Source: a virus. Taken from it: a stretch of 64,000 nt of DNA. The notes beneath the pieces are model-generated. The model was not told the origin of the DNA, did not search any database, and was given only the letters and a program-made list of their open reading frames with translations. This document shows, piece by piece, positions 1 to 9,726 of this stretch. The translations under genes and the position numbers were made by a program. The first letter of the stretch is position 1. Each line of letters opens with the position of its first letter. The DNA is taken from the IMG/VR virus record IMGVR_UViG_3300043434_000693, positions 32,241 to 96,240 of that record; one strand, given 5' to 3'.

Positions 1-3000
1 CGACATCGGTGTCATATACATGTATTTTTCCAGATCCAGCTGCTATCAATTCTAAGTCTTGATCAACTGTTATTGTTTGTATTGTATTACTATTAACTGT
101 AACAACATCGTCAACATTAAGAGTGGTTACAAATAAAGTATTCCATACTTTAGGATCTAAATCTCGATGCCCTAAATCATAAGTTTGATCTAATTTTGGA
201 TTAATTGTTTGATCGAGTTTTGGTATAATAGTAATGTTGTCAAATGGAGTATCACCTAGATAAAGTGTACCTTTGATAACAACATTACCACTGATATCTT
301 GATTACCGGTAATATAAACATCGGTGTTTAGATATGTATCAGTTGATGCAGAATAAACATTTACAGGACCTGATAATGATTCGATAGTATTATCAAATAT
401 ACGAATGTTCCCTGTTTGTACTTGGGTTGCATCAATAATCGTAATGCCGTTAGGCCCTTCAAATGTAATGTTTCCTTGCGCTGATAGATTGATACTTTGA
501 GCATCAAACGATATTTGTCCGGTTTGTTGGTTAACATAGAAGATGTCGCCTATTCGATAATCGCCTTTGTGATCCATGCTATCATAATAGATCACTCCGT
601 GATTTACTGCTACTACTTCGTTAGATTGAATTACTAAACCATAGTCGTTATTTGAATCTGCACCGCATCCTATGTAGCCAAAATTATGACCAATTAAGTA
701 CGCAAGCGTATTAAAGCCATCTGCAACTGCACCGTTTAATCCGTATACATTTGCACTATTAATACTTCTCAGCTCTGCACCGAAATCACTATAATCTAAA
801 TTTATAATTCCAGTAGCAGTTGCATTTGTAAATTTTAAATTTTGTGTCGGAGGAGCACTATCAACAATAACTGTTGATCCATTTTCTCCGTCAAAGTGTA
901 ATAATAATGCAGAAGAAGAATCCGATGTAAACGGTGAAGACGGCGGTGTAAAATCTGATGAATATCGAGCAGTAAGTTTACTTACGCGAACTTCGTCGAT
1001 ATATCCATAATAGTAATCAGTATCTCCGGTTGAAAACCCAAGATTAAAAGATCCAGTGCTGTTATTAATTATTGCACCAGAACTTAATGTTAATTGTATT
1101 TTCTTAACACCACTTATATATACTGTAATTGTATCACCGACGCGAGTTAATGCAATATGTTGCCAAACATTTAAAATAATTGCAGAGTTTTCACTTATAA
1201 ATGGTTCTCCATTTTCATCTGTTAATATCTGACCATCTTCAGATAACAAATATTCTAACCCGCTTTCAGCTGATGTGTTTGCCCCGTCATTAAGATAAAC
1301 TTTTACTTCTCCAGTTGGCAATATTGTAAGTTTAAATGACTGTTCAGATGGTGATGATCCCCATTGAGAAAAAATTGTTACTTCTGTAGTTGGAAACCCT
1401 ACTGTGTAAATCCAACTTTCTACGCAAAATGGTTGATTACTAAATGTAAAATCATAACTGTCGTTAGTTTTAAAATAACTAGTGGTTCCTTCTAAATAAA
1501 GACTAGCTGTTTCAAATTTATAATTTGCAGTACTAAGTTGGGCTAAACCTTGTGTATAAAAGACCGGAGAATTGATTTCACTTAGAAGAATTAGGTTATG
1601 AACATTACCATTTAATTTATAAATGTTACTATCAATCTCATTAACCACTCCTGATGCTATAACTGTTGATTCATCGTCGCTGTAATAAGTGAAGGTATCC
1701 CCAATTTCAACAGTACCGGTAACTCCTGCAAGTTCAACATTTGTTGTACCTAATCCTGCTAGACCACCTTCGCCGGAAAAGATTTTAATTCCATTCTTTG
1801 CATAGTAAGTAAACGAATTTAACCATTCTATCCGAGTGCTGTTTGTGGCTACTAGTCCATCAGCATTTGGAACTATAAAAGTAGTCGAAAAGAACAAGCA
1901 CGACGGTAATGTTGTCATTGACGGATCAGCAACTACGCCGTCAATATATGCTCCGCCTCCTGCTGTTCCTTGATTGTATCCAAGAGGATCCGAAATAGAA
2001 TATGTTCCGCCGTACGGGTTGGATGTAATAGTTCCGCTCCATGTTGCTTGCCATGGATAGTCAGTGTCGCCAACTCCTGTTGCAATAACTCCTACGGTAT
2101 TGTTATAATATTCCCACTCTGTTCCAGTCCATGAAAGTGTTTCATCTACATATTGATAAAAGTTCTTGCCGTTAAGTGTTCCGTTTAGAGCCAATATTCT
2201 CCAACTTTGGCCGTAAACTCCAGAGTTAGGATCTCCTGGTACAACATACCATCCATCCATATACACCGATGCATCGAGAGGTATACCTTTAGTTAGAACA
2301 GTTACGTTGTAAATATATGGGCTTCGATACAAAGTTTCAAAATTTGTTGAAAGTTTAAATGCATATCCTTCGTAAAAATTTTGAACTGTTAAGAACGAGA
2401 CAGTGGTATCTCCGTTTAACAAAAATGCATCAGATCTATTTGTAGTTGCAGAAGGTTGTATTGCAACTGATCGGATACCTGCTCCACGAACCGATACTCC
2501 TTGCGGTACTGTTAACGGAAAGTCTTCAGTATATATTCCGGGAAATATAACAACTTCGTCGCCAGATTGAGCAACACTTAATGCATGTTTTATAGTTCTA
2601 AACGGACTATGAGGATGAGTTCCATCATTCGCATTAATTTCTGTTAATACCCATCTTGAAAGATCGGTAGTAGGGTATCCGCTAGTTCCAGAATCTAAAA
2701 TTCTTCTATAATAATCTCCGTCGTCTAGAACAATATCCCCAACATTATATGAGGTTATACTGCTATAGATACCTACATAATTAAATCCTATAGAGGTTAA
2801 ATCGTCGTTTCCGTTAACCGACACATAGATAGTATTACCTTGCCTTAACAATAAATCTATATCATTAATAGTAGTCGAATTAGTAGTAAGAGAATCTACA
2901 GTTACAGTATTTGAATAAACTGTTTTCCACGATTTGTTTAATGTTCCTACATCATACTCGTCGGATATATCAGGAATTAAATTGCTTGAAAGATCTGAAT

Positions 3001-3535
3001 TAAAATTAACATTATCGCTATCGTTATTTCCGATAATAATCGACGAGCCGTCCCATGTTATATCACCAGTTGCATGTAAATTACCATTAACATTAACAAC
3101 TGTTGTATAAAATTGTAATTCTCCTAAACCATTAAGATTGATATTAATATCACTGTCATTAATTAAGTTTTCGATTAATTGGTTTGTAACGCTAAGATTT
3201 GCGGTACGGAATTCAATTCCTTTTACAATTGGATCAGAGAGTTGATCAGGAATTAACGATATGCTGTTAGTTACATTTTGAATTTGATTGTTAACAAATT
3301 CGATGTTAGCAACATTTAAGTTATTATCTGAAAGTAGATAGGTAGTGTGACTAGTACCATTGACTTGCAAGTCGCGCGACGGGGAATCTGTGTTAATTCC
3401 TATAAATCCGTTTATAACATCGATGTATAATAAATCAGTTTCAAATGCTAGATTTACTTCGCCCGATGTTTGTCCGGCTCTAAGAAGATTATTAACTAAT
3501 AAAGGGCCGCTTATTCTTCCAAGTTGTTGGGCCAT
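1..3535 (-). CDS. Large virion fibre/adhesin-like protein (partial, runs off the left edge), with a DUF1565/pectin-lyase-like start motif and a LamG/concanavalin-A-like domain
   Basis: Absent from the ORF track, presumably because no stop occurs in the window. ATG at 3535 follows AAGGAG. Translation starts MAQQLGRISGPLLVNNLLR and includes YVSVNGND...HPHSPFRTIKHALSVAQSGDEVVIFPGIYTEDFP and the LamG motifs VESWIY, WQHIALTR and GYIDEVRVS. The frame was spot-checked at several points and is consistent to base 2. Confidence 0.8.
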   Translation of the reverse strand, partial: MAQQLGRISGPLLVNNLLRAGQTSGEVNLAFETDLLYIDVINGFIGINTDSPSRDLQVNGTSHTTYLLSDNNLNVANIEFVNNQIQNVTNSISLIPDQLSDPIVKGIEFRTANLSVTNQLIENLINDSDININLNGLGELQFYTTVVNVNGNLHATGDITWDGSSIIIGNNDSDNVNFNSDLSSNLIPDISDEYDVGTLNKSWKTVYSNTVTVDSLTTNSTTINDIDLLLRQGNTIYVSVNGNDDLTSIGFNYVGIYSSITSYNVGDIVLDDGDYYRRILDSGTSGYPTTDLSRWVLTEINANDGTHPHSPFRTIKHALSVAQSGDEVVIFPGIYTEDFPLTVPQGVSVRGAGIRSVAIQPSATTNRSDAFLLNGDTTVSFLTVQNFYEGYAFKLSTNFETLYRSPYIYNVTVLTKGIPLDASVYMDGWYVVPGDPNSGVYGQSWRILALNGTLNGKNFYQYVDETLSWTGTEWEYYNNTVGVIATGVGDTDYPWQATWSGTITSNPYGGTYSISDPLGYNQGTAGGGAYIDGVVADPSMTTLPSCLFFSTTFIVPNADGLVATNSTRIEWLNSFTYYAKNGIKIFSGEGGLAGLGTTNVELAGVTGTVEIGDTFTYYSDDESTVIASGVVNEIDSNIYKLNGNVHNLILLSEINSPVFYTQGLAQLSTANYKFETASLYLEGTTSYFKTNDSYDFTFSNQPFCVESWIYTVGFPTTEVTIFSQWGSSPSEQSFKLTILPTGEVKVYLNDGANTSAESGLEYLLSEDGQILTDENGEPFISENSAIILNVWQHIALTRVGDTITVYISGVKKIQLTLSSGAIINNSTGSFNLGFSTGDTDYYYGYIDEVRVSKLTARYSSDFTPPSSPFTSDSSSALLLHFDGENGSTVIVDSAPPTQNLKFTNATATGIINLDYSDFGAELRSINSANVYGLNGAVADGFNTLAYLIGHNFGYIGCGADSNNDYGLVIQSNEVVAVNHGVIYYDSMDHKGDYRIGDIFYVNQQTGQISFDAQSINLSAQGNITFEGPNGITIIDATQVQTGNIRIFDNTIESLSGPVNVYSASTDTYLNTDVYITGNQDISGNVVIKGTLYLGDTPFDNITIIPKLDQTINPKLDQTYDLGHRDLDPKVWNTLFVTTLNVDDVVTVNSNTIQTITVDQDLELIAAGSGKIHVYDTDV

Positions 3536-3544
3536 TTCACTCCT

Positions 3545-4312
3545 TTACTGGTCGAAACCGTGATATACTGTTACTATTTTTCCTAATGGTACTGGAGAAT
3601 CAAATGCAATATAGTATCCTAACGAATACGGACCTACTATTGATATAGTATTACCTTCTGTTTCTGTAACTACTGCTTCGTCAACTACTAATGTACTTGA
3701 GGTAACAGTATTAATAGTATATGTTCCGTCGTTACTTCCAGATCCTGATATAGTAATAACATTATCAGGCTGAAATTTTAAAGAAGAAAAATTAATAATT
3801 GAAGTATTACTACTAGTAATAGTCTTTGTTCCAGAATCAAACGACAAAATATTGCCCGACGTTCTAGCAGGATTTAAAATTAAAGAAAAGTTTGTACCGC
3901 TAATTTGAATCACGTTGTCTACAAGAACAATTAATTGTTTTGCTTGTTGAACAATGTTCCATGTAAGACCCGATTCTGCAATTGTAGGCGGAGCAGGGTT
4001 TAGAATGCCAAACAATACTTCCACGGCATCCCCGGGACCTAGATTTTGTTGCACGATCTCAGTTGGTTCTTTAAATCGTAAACTTCTCCAAGACTCACTG
4101 CCGACTACACCTTGATAAATTTCTACTTCATTAGTAGTTGTATTATATCGAATCATTCCTGTTAACGGAGACACTGGTCTATCCGATGTTGCTCCCTTCG
4201 GCATTAATAGGTTATTTGTAGTATTCATTACTACACCGTTTGTGATATCTACTGCAAGACGAGAGTCTGCCGGTGCTCTTCGATTTAATACTTGTTTTCT
4301 TAAATATCTCAT
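3545..4312 (-). CDS. Virion structural protein (fibre-associated)
   Basis: 255 aa. PKGATSDRP...GMIRYNTTTNEVEIY motif is typical of phage fibre/neck proteins; lies in the structural operon. Confidence 0.55.
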   Translation of the reverse strand: MRYLRKQVLNRRAPADSRLAVDITNGVVMNTTNNLLMPKGATSDRPVSPLTGMIRYNTTTNEVEIYQGVVGSESWRSLRFKEPTEIVQQNLGPGDAVEVLFGILNPAPPTIAESGLTWNIVQQAKQLIVLVDNVIQISGTNFSLILNPARTSGNILSFDSGTKTITSSNTSIINFSSLKFQPDNVITISGSGSNDGTYTINTVTSSTLVVDEAVVTETEGNTISIVGPYSLGYYIAFDSPVPLGKIVTVYHGFDQ

Positions 4313-4313
4313 G

Positions 4314-4646
4314 TTATACCGCCAATGTACTTACCGTTGATACTAAATTTGCAGGACTATCACTATTCGCAATTAATCGATCGCCGTCTGCTAACACCAT
4401 TTTTTCTTGATCAAAGCTAACGGTTTCGCCAGCTGGTATCGGCAATCCATTAACAATTAAATTAGTTGTAGATGCAGATTGTCCATATGGTACTGCATGT
4501 AGATACAAATTAGTTTGCCCTGTTAACGGGTTCAACGAATCGTAGGTTGCAGTATTACAAATAATAACAGTTGTAATGGCATTATTACCTGAACTTGTAT
4601 AAATTGTAGTATCTGAAGTTGTAATTTGTGTATTTGTAATAGCCAT
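4314..4646 (-). CDS. Small beta-rich virion structural protein
   Basis: 110 aa, Thr-rich, AAGGA RBS, tightly packed in the structural operon. Confidence 0.55.
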   Translation of the reverse strand: MAITNTQITTSDTTIYTSSGNNAITTVIICNTATYDSLNPLTGQTNLYLHAVPYGQSASTTNLIVNGLPIPAGETVSFDQEKMVLADGDRLIANSDSPANLVSTVSTLAV

Positions 4647-4655
4647 ATTTTATCC

Positions 4656-5609
4656 TTAGAATAACATACTGAATAATAACGCACGATTTTTAGCAACTAA
4701 TTCATCTGACACAGTTGAATTAGTAAAAAAGATTCCACTTTTTCCCGGACCAACTATCGATTTAGAATATATTTTGTTTTTTCCTAAAGACGATGTTGGA
4801 GTGGTTATTTGATCTGTTAAAGAAAGAACAGCGTCAACTTCGACTAAGTTATTATTCGCAGTTAAAATTAATTGAGCAGTTGAATTATTTTTAATTGTAT
4901 TGTTTAAAATGTTTACATTATTAACAGTAAGTCCTAATGTTGTTATTTCTGCTCTAAGATAACTGTTTACTATAAAGTCAATTGAACTTGCTGTTGCTTC
5001 TACTCTCGAAAGCTCTGGGGTTCCTACTAAAGGATAATGAATATTAGTTACATTAGCTGTACCGCCAGTTGCTGATACATAATCAGTAACAAATTTTCTA
5101 TTTGGGACATCATCGTCGCCGAGTACCCGAGTTTCGTAATCAGTAGAATTAACAATTGTTAAAATGCTATCAAAATTTTGCATGTCGAATAATATGTTCG
5201 ACAATCCATCTGTTGTAATAGTTGAAAGTTGAAGTGCAGACAACTTTCCATCTTCAGTTTTAAGAACAAAAGTTCCGGGTGAATCGTCTACTAGATACGG
5301 ATCATAGTGAGTAACTTGTTCGTCGAAAATAATCTGAGCATCAGATAAATTTCCTCGATCAATTTGAATTCCTGCACGATAATTTAATGTACTACCTATA
5401 CCATTCCCAGTTTGTCCAGCATTAATATAGATAATGTTGTCTTTAATAGTAGTATTAGTTGACTCAACCGTAGTTGTTGTTCCTTTGACGTCAAGATTTC
5501 CGGTAATAGTTACAAGTCCAATTGCAGTACCAGTATCTAAAATGATATTCCCGCCAGATTGAACCTGAAGTCGGTAATCGCTTTGATTAACTTTTAATAT
5601 TCTTGACAT
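4656..5609 (-). CDS. Virion structural/fibre protein
   Basis: 317 aa. ITGNLDVKGTTTTVESTNTTIKDNII...AGIQIDRG module is also found in the 49309-50976 product. Confidence 0.6.
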   Translation of the reverse strand: MSRILKVNQSDYRLQVQSGGNIILDTGTAIGLVTITGNLDVKGTTTTVESTNTTIKDNIIYINAGQTGNGIGSTLNYRAGIQIDRGNLSDAQIIFDEQVTHYDPYLVDDSPGTFVLKTEDGKLSALQLSTITTDGLSNILFDMQNFDSILTIVNSTDYETRVLGDDDVPNRKFVTDYVSATGGTANVTNIHYPLVGTPELSRVEATASSIDFIVNSYLRAEITTLGLTVNNVNILNNTIKNNSTAQLILTANNNLVEVDAVLSLTDQITTPTSSLGKNKIYSKSIVGPGKSGIFFTNSTVSDELVAKNRALLFSMLF

Positions 5610-5621
5610 TTTTAATCCTAA

Positions 5622-5646
5622 ATAAGGGGAGGGTTACTCCCCTTAT
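5622..5646 (-). terminator. Intergenic hairpin, possible terminator or processing site
   Basis: Perfect 10-bp stem ATAAGGGGAG/CTCCCCTTAT with a 5-nt loop just after the 5653-6681 stop; only a short U run follows. Confidence 0.5.
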
Positions 5647-5652
5647 GCATTA

Positions 5653-6681
5653 TTATGCGTTTTCAATTTGGACAACTGATCCACTTGCTGCTGCGAAAGA
5701 CCATTGTGCAACTTCACCGGTTGCAAATAACCAATCTAAGTCACCACCGTCGTCAACTAAGCGGGTTAACTTTGCTTTATGTGCAGTTAATTTAGTAACA
5801 TAATATGTGTTACCGTTCGCATCTGTTGCAATAATTGTTGCTTCGCCTGCTGCTGGAGTATCTGCAACTAATGTCACACGGCCTACACCTTGTGCAGTCT
5901 TAACAATATACTTCTTGCTTCCAACTTGACGAAGAATATCGCCTAATACTGCTGATGTTCCATCTCCTGAAACATTTCCTGCTGCACCTGCTGCAGGGAC
6001 CCATGCAGTAATTTGAATAGCGTTTTCTTGATTGGTTACACTACCGACATTACCTGTATCAGTAGTTAATACTGCTGTTTTAGTTGCATTACCGGTCATA
6101 GTAATTGCAGGAGCAGAAACATATCCTGAACCTTTTTCGTCAATTGCTACTGCTAACACGCCCCATGTAATGTCAACTCTTAGATTGTTACCGGTGCCGC
6201 CTGTTGTAAACATACTAGCAACTGTGCTACCTGGATCACTAACTGCTGTAGCTCCATTATATGCAAGTACAGTATATGAACCGCCGTCTACAAGTTCAAC
6301 TGTAGTAGCTGCTCCGCCACCATCAACACTTTTAATTCTAAAACTTGCACGAGTAGTATAGGTACCGTCAACTGTTCCAGTGCCACCAGGTAAAGAACCG
6401 CTTCCTAATTCTACTAGTTCTTCATCGATATAGCTTCCGCCGCCATTATCAATACTAACTGATTTAACTACCATTGTTACAGTACCAGCTGTTGCAGTTA
6501 CACCAGTAGGTAAAGTTGGTGCTGCAAAGGTTACTGAAGGAACTGCAATGTAGTTATTGTTTGTTCCACCGATAGTTACACTTGCAACTCCTTGACCGCC
6601 AATTCCATAATTGTCAGCGGTTGTGCTTGCGGAACCGACATTGCGGTTACCAAAAAATTTCTTATTTAATGGGCGTCCCAT
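5653..6681 (-). CDS. Virion structural protein (possible head decoration)
   Basis: 342 aa, Gly/Thr/Ala-rich, with I...GSGY..AP repeats. Has its own late promoter and an AAAGGAG RBS; lies immediately downstream of the capsid gene. Confidence 0.55.
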   Translation of the reverse strand: MGRPLNKKFFGNRNVGSASTTADNYGIGGQGVASVTIGGTNNNYIAVPSVTFAAPTLPTGVTATAGTVTMVVKSVSIDNGGGSYIDEELVELGSGSLPGGTGTVDGTYTTRASFRIKSVDGGGAATTVELVDGGSYTVLAYNGATAVSDPGSTVASMFTTGGTGNNLRVDITWGVLAVAIDEKGSGYVSAPAITMTGNATKTAVLTTDTGNVGSVTNQENAIQITAWVPAAGAAGNVSGDGTSAVLGDILRQVGSKKYIVKTAQGVGRVTLVADTPAAGEATIIATDANGNTYYVTKLTAHKAKLTRLVDDGGDLDWLFATGEVAQWSFAAASGSVVQIENA

Positions 6682-6744
6682 TTGTTTTCTCCTTTAAAAC
6701 GTTCTAGGTTTACGCAGAGGGATTCTGCATAATTTTAGACAAAG

Positions 6745-6752
6745 TATTTATC
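6745..6752 (-). promoter_or_regulatory. T4-type late promoter box (GATAAATA)
   Basis: 7/8 match to TATAAATA; intergenic, upstream of the 6681 start. Confidence 0.6.
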
Positions 6753-6755
6753 AGA

Positions 6756-6786
6756 TAAAAAGAAAGGACTCCGAAGAGTCCTTTCT
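6756..6786 (-). terminator. Rho-independent terminator of the major capsid gene
   Basis: On the minus strand: 11-bp stem AGAAAGGACTC/GAGTCCTTTCT, cUUCGg tetraloop and a following U tract, as in T4-type terminators. Confidence 0.9.
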
Positions 6787-6809
6787 AAACGTTCGATAAA
6801 GAACAGCTA

Positions 6810-7979
6810 TTAACTGAACTTAACGTTACCGCTAGTGATACCAACAAGACCTAAGTAGTCTGCTGCATTACCAAGAGATGATGCAGTATTTGAAAGTTCA
6901 ACATAACCATAACGTGTCATGAAGCTAACAACTGGTTCGAAAGTACTTGGATCAAGTACAACACCGCTTGACATTAACGGAATGTATGGGCAGTAGAACG
7001 CAGGTGCGTCTGATTCTGAACCACCCTTATAACCAATAAGGATAGAAGCATTGTCAGTTGCATAAGTGTTTACATAAACCTTCATTGAGTTGTTTAAAGT
7101 ACCAACAAACTTAGTGTTAGTTGGAGCTTCAAAAGTACCTTCAGTTGTACGAGCAAATGCTGAAGTAGTTGCTGATTGAAGGATAGTTAATGCAAATGGG
7201 CTAACTACAGCGTAGTTACCTGCACCACGACGAGTACGTTGTGCAATTAAGTTAGAAACACGATTGATTTGAACAGCTAATGCAGCGTGTTCGTCACCAA
7301 CAAATGTTGCTGTACCAGAAACGTTTGCTTGGTTGTAAGTTTCAATCGGTGATCCTGCAAGAGTTGTTAATGAACCGATGATTTCTTGATCGATTTCAGC
7401 GGTAATTTCTTGTGCAAGAGCAGCCATAATTTCTGCTTCAACGTCAATTCCTTGTTGTGATTGAGCATCTTGTGCAGCTTCGAAAGTCCAGCGAGCTGAT
7501 AACTTACGAGTCTTGGCTTCAACAGTTTGCTTCAAGATTTGAATTGACATTCTCTTACCAGCTGCACCTTCAAGTGTAGCTGTAGAAGCTGCCTTAGAAC
7601 CTGGATCTGCGTCGTTACCTGAGTAACCTGCTGCAATCTTGAATGGGCTAAGTGCTTCTTCACCTGCTACAACACCTGTTGCGCTATCTGCATAACGAAC
7701 ACGTAATGTATGGATTTGACCAACTGGGCCAGTCATCGGTTGAACACCAACTAATTCGTTAGCAATAACGGTTGGCATAACACGACGGATAACTGGTAAA
7801 ATAACACGATTTAATGTGGCAACGTTGCCGGCAGAAGTAGCACCAGCAGTTGGGGATTCAATCAAATACTTACGAGTATTTTCAAGGGTTACACCCATTA
7901 CTGATTTTTTTGTGCCTGATAAGCCTTCTAATAGGGCTTCTTTCGTTTCTGCCCAACGGCCAGTAAGTAGTTCTGACAT
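6810..7979 (-). CDS. gp23: Major capsid protein (T4 gp23-like)
   Basis: 389 aa. Motifs RRVMPTVIANELVGVQPMTGPVGQIHTLRVRY, VEAKTRKLSARWTFEAAQD, AFYCPYIPL and FMTRYG. Confidence 0.97.
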   Translation of the reverse strand: MSELLTGRWAETKEALLEGLSGTKKSVMGVTLENTRKYLIESPTAGATSAGNVATLNRVILPVIRRVMPTVIANELVGVQPMTGPVGQIHTLRVRYADSATGVVAGEEALSPFKIAAGYSGNDADPGSKAASTATLEGAAGKRMSIQILKQTVEAKTRKLSARWTFEAAQDAQSQQGIDVEAEIMAALAQEITAEIDQEIIGSLTTLAGSPIETYNQANVSGTATFVGDEHAALAVQINRVSNLIAQRTRRGAGNYAVVSPFALTILQSATTSAFARTTEGTFEAPTNTKFVGTLNNSMKVYVNTYATDNASILIGYKGGSESDAPAFYCPYIPLMSSGVVLDPSTFEPVVSFMTRYGYVELSNTASSLGNAADYLGLVGITSGNVKFS

Positions 7980-7990
7980 TTAAATTCTCC

Positions 7991-9085
7991 TTAAACTTTA
8001 AGTCCAGCGAGTTTACGAATTTCGATGATATTATTTTCATCCTCGCTGCTACGATTGGGGTTGGAAATCTTATTTCCGGTTATTTCTTTAGCCTCTACTA
8101 GTGCCTGTTTCTTCTGCGGAGCTTTGCCAGCAATTACTGCCGGAAGATACTTTTCAAAACTTTCATTGAGTTTTGAAGTTTTCACACTCTCCATCAATTC
8201 ATTCATGATCGAACGTTGATCTGCACTTAATGGTGCAAGTAGTTCACTCATAATTTCTTTTCTTTGTTGCGACTCTTTTAATGTCGCAATCTCTGCTTCT
8301 TTGCTTTCTAGTATTTTTTCGGCTTTTACAACTGCATTTGCAGCTTCTTTCATTGCCAAATCTTTCATGTCTATGACTTTGAGCAATTTTGCAGTTTCTG
8401 ATTTTTCATTAAGGTAACTAGCTTGATATTCAGAAGCAAACGCTTCGAATAGCTTACGACCAAATTCCATACGACGAGCTGATTCGATATCTTCTTTTAA
8501 TGAAGTAATCTCTGATCTTAGTGTCTTATTAACAACACCTTCAACCATTACCGCAGCACGTTGAACAAAATCTTGTTTTACCTTCTTGAGTTGTTCACGT
8601 CCTTCACGAACTAAGCGAACTTTAGTTGCTGCTAAGTCCTGTTTGTCTTTATAAAACTCTGTAATTTCTTGAGCTAAAGCTTCAACTACAAATTGTTCTA
8701 ATGTTCCAAATTTGCCTGCCATAGAAACTTGATCTTCGTGTAGTTCACGAACTTCAGAAGCTAATTGACGAGTAACAAACTCTTTCATTAATTTTGAATC
8801 GCTCGACATCTTCTTAGCATACTTTACTTTCATTTCTGCTAATGAATTACGATCATCTACAAACTCAACAATTTCGTCTTTGATTCCATCAGTGATCATA
8901 CGTTCAACTGCTTCAATCATTACTGACTTGTCATGTTCGTATTTTTGAGCAAATTCTTCTCGTAGTTGTTGAGAAACTTGTTCGCGATTTTCATTGATCT
9001 TCGCATCCCAAGCCTTTTCAATTGACTCTTTAATCTCTTCCGAAACCACATTGTTTTCAAATAACGTTTTTAATGCATCCAACAT
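7991..9085 (-). CDS. gp22: Prohead core scaffolding protein (gp22-like)
   Basis: 364 aa, Glu/Lys-rich coiled coil with GRKLFEAFASE motif; lies between the protease and capsid genes. Confidence 0.85.
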   Translation of the reverse strand: MLDALKTLFENNVVSEEIKESIEKAWDAKINENREQVSQQLREEFAQKYEHDKSVMIEAVERMITDGIKDEIVEFVDDRNSLAEMKVKYAKKMSSDSKLMKEFVTRQLASEVRELHEDQVSMAGKFGTLEQFVVEALAQEITEFYKDKQDLAATKVRLVREGREQLKKVKQDFVQRAAVMVEGVVNKTLRSEITSLKEDIESARRMEFGRKLFEAFASEYQASYLNEKSETAKLLKVIDMKDLAMKEAANAVVKAEKILESKEAEIATLKESQQRKEIMSELLAPLSADQRSIMNELMESVKTSKLNESFEKYLPAVIAGKAPQKKQALVEAKEITGNKISNPNRSSEDENNIIEIRKLAGLKV

Positions 9086-9098
9086 GTGATTCTCCTTA

Positions 9099-9725
9099 TT
9101 ATTGGAGTTTGCTTATTATTCCTAATAAGCTCTCTTTGAGATATTGTTGTGCTTTTGGATCGCCCTTCACCTCTTGCGCTATGCGAAGAGCATTATAACC
9201 ACCTTTTGTATTTAAAAGGTGCTCATAAATTGGTGTTGGGTATGCACCAGGAGCACTAGGTTGAGCTACCATATCTACTGTGATAATCTCAAAATCTGAA
9301 ACTTCACCTGACCCGTCTTCTCTTACGTTGCCGGATCCACGTGAACTTACGCCTAATTTCACACCACTTTCAAGCATGGTACGAATTAATTGTCCCATTG
9401 GGGTTGGTAAAATTTTTAATTTACCATAACCATTTGGACCGTCCATCCACATATTTGTTATCATGTGACTAACACGGTCCAAATTTATCTTTAAATCGTC
9501 GGGATGATCTACTTCTCCGAGGACTGAATAACCGTTCTGAATCTGATCATTGAGGGTCTTAACAGCCTTGCTAATTTCACTCACAGGATAAACACGCTGA
9601 TTAGCGTTGCGGATACCGCCTTGTATACAAATTCCACTCATATACAAGTTTTTCCCATCTCTGTCGTCAGATTCAACGACCATCTTTGCTTCGTTGAAAC
9701 TTAGATTTTCTCGGAGATGTAACAT
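9099..9725 (-). CDS. gp21: Prohead maturation protease (gp21-like)
   Basis: Motifs NANQRVYP, LGEVDHP, GVSSRGSG (catalytic His/Ser) and DMVAQPSAPGA. Confidence 0.95.
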   Translation of the reverse strand: MLHLRENLSFNEAKMVVESDDRDGKNLYMSGICIQGGIRNANQRVYPVSEISKAVKTLNDQIQNGYSVLGEVDHPDDLKINLDRVSHMITNMWMDGPNGYGKLKILPTPMGQLIRTMLESGVKLGVSSRGSGNVREDGSGEVSDFEIITVDMVAQPSAPGAYPTPIYEHLLNTKGGYNALRIAQEVKGDPKAQQYLKESLLGIISKLQ

Positions 9726-9726
9726 C

